Assembly: GCF_039654945.1 (NCBI RefSeq)
Contig: NW_027361679.1
Location: forward strand, 101,742,001 to 101,806,000
Reading direction: 5' to 3'
DNA length: 64,000 nt
Source of the DNA: Dendrobates tinctorius
Lineage: Eukaryota
Position 1 is the first letter of the stretch. Every line of letters begins with the position of its first letter. The position numbers and the translations under genes are program-made. The notes under the pieces are model-generated. The model searched no databases and was not told the origin of the DNA. It was given only the letters and a program-made list of their open reading frames with translations. Shown here piece by piece: positions 61,999 to 64,000 of this stretch.

Positions 61999-63491
61999 CA
62001 GTTCTGTGAAAAAGCGTTTGCCTCTTCCTGATTTCCTAGTCTTTTGCATGTTTGTCACAATTAAATGTTTCAGATCACCAAACAAATTTACATATTCATA
62101 TTAGACAAAGATAACACAAGTAAAAACAAAAGGCAGTTTTTAAATGAAGGTCTTTATTATTAAGTAAAAAAGGAATCCAAAACATACAGGTCCCTGTGTG
62201 AAAAAATGATTGCTGTGTTACTTCTTCACCAGATGTAAAAAAAAAGTTCAACTTTTGTCTCGTTAGTCCCCAGAGTATTCTCCCAAAAGTCTTGGGGATC
62301 ATCAAGATGTTTTCTGGCAAAACTGAGATGAGCTTTTATGTTTTTTATTGCTCAGCAGTTGTTTTCATCATGGAACTCTGCCATGCAGGCCAGTTTTGCA
62401 CAGTATTTATCTTATGGTGGAGTCATGAATACTGACCTTAACTGAGGGAAGTGAGCCCTGCAGTTCTTTGGATGTTGTTGTGGGCTCATTTGTGACCTCT
62501 TGGATGAGTCGATGCTGCGCTCTTGGGGTAATTTTGGCTGGCCGGCCACTCCTGGGAAGATTCACCATTGTTCCATGTTTTCACCATTTGTGGATAATGG
62601 CTCTCACTGGGGTTTGATGGCTTCCCAAAGCTTTAGAAATGGCTTTATAACATTTTATAGACTGATAGAACTCAATTACTTTGTTTCTCATGTGTTCCAG
62701 AATTTCTTTGGATCGAGTCATGATGTGCTACTTCACTTTGCAGGCAGGTCCTATTTAAGTGATTTCTTCATTGAGAACAAGTGTGGCAGTAATCATGCCT
62801 GGGTGTGGCTATGGAATTTGAACTCAGTTTCCCAGAAATGTGATAAACCACAGTTAATTTATGTTTTGTTATGCGCTACGCAGAGAGACCCGATAAGACT
62901 GGCATCAAACCAGCAAAGGTGCAGCCACAGATACACATGGGGGCCGGAATACTCTTTACTCAGCACCCAGAGATGGAAGGAGAACTTTGGAAGAGCCCTT
63001 CCCAGACCCACTGTCACCTGTCAGCTGGCGCCTGGGGACGCAACCAGTGCCTAGTCAAGAACCAGGTGGGTACCTCTGCAAGAATCCCTAGGAGTGTAGC
63101 ACAAAGAGACCAGGGGTAGAACCCTAAGGAAAATCCTGAAAAGATAACCAACATTGCTAGCACCACTCACCTCCAAAGCACATAGGGACTCCAATAAACA
63201 GCAAAAGCCTGAGCAGGGAGGAGGGATAAATAGCCCACCTGATGCTGAAGGAACTGATCAGGTGTTGACTACCTCCCAATCATCCGCAGGCAACCACTAC
63301 CTGCTAACTTGCACAGCAGAATGCACACAATAGCACCACTGCCTAGTACCAGATACAACAGCGTCCTGCATTCCTTGGCAACATGATGTTCCCTGGGCAG
63401 TGTAATTCGTGTGAGATACGGCATCCCGCATTCCCAGACATGCAAAAGAATAGGAAATCAGGAAGGGGGCAAACACTTTTTCACACAACTG
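61999..63491 (-). mobile_element. Tc1-like transposon, deleted, with an LTR-like insert at ~62867-63440
   Basis: TA-CAGTTCTGTGAAAAAGCG..CCTGATTTC / GAAATCAGG..TTTTTCACACAACTG-TA; minus-strand FWENTLGTNETKVELF remnant at ~62245-62292. Confidence 0.85.
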
Positions 63492-64000
63492 TATGTTTCA
63501 CAGTTACGGAAATATTAACAGGTTGTAGTGAAATACATTAAGGTGATACAGCTGTACATAAAGAAAAAACCTGCTGACAGTTTCTCTTTAACCCCTTAAG
63601 AATCACCAACCATAACAAGACTCAAAACGTTTGGCATTCGAAACTCATAGATTTCAAAGAGGTCCTCCCTTTCATTTTTTATTTATGCAATGTGTATATC
63701 TTTTATCACGATTTTATCTCTTATTAGATTTGGATTTTTTTCTTTCAAACTTGCATCTATAAACGCTGAGAGATACTGTAGTGTTGCCCCATGCTTCCTC
63801 ACTATTCGGAACAGAAAGGATGAGCTGGTATTTACCATGAGACCAACGATCAAAGTGAAAAATATTCCTGTTATATTATGACACTAAGGGCTCATACTCA
63901 CATGCGAGAAACTCAGATGAGTCTTGCACGTCAATACCCGGCACTGCTGCTGGCACTCGGATCGGAGTGCTCAGCTGCATAGAAATACATGGATCCGCAC

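Overview
Eukaryotic, gene-free window made almost entirely of nested transposable elements. The families present (DIRS1, L1, L2, CR1, Neptune-type Penelope, V-SINE, Tc1, hAT, PIF/Harbinger MITEs, Helitron, Gypsy-like LTRs) point to a vertebrate, most likely an anuran amphibian; this is an inference. I could not support any host exon. The centre is an old tandem segmental duplication (copy A ~8097-25989, copy B ~25991-36003). Copy A later received three insertions absent from copy B (a hAT, an L1 and a CR1), so empty sites and TSDs can be read directly. The most unusual object is a non-autonomous LTR retroelement (TGTGG..CCACA LTRs, tRNA-Ser PBS, PPT). It has no recognisable gag/pol, but encodes a ~450-aa Pro/Ala-rich protein ending in a cold-shock (OB-fold) domain, which can be rebuilt from the two copies. 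Also notable: a ~330-bp TSD-flanked insertion with a perfect 47-bp fold-back and an intact minimal hammerhead ribozyme, two further degenerate hammerheads, 2A-like peptides in the L2 ORF, and a Harbinger MITE carrying telomere-like repeats. All calls come from reading the sequence by eye; no searches were run.
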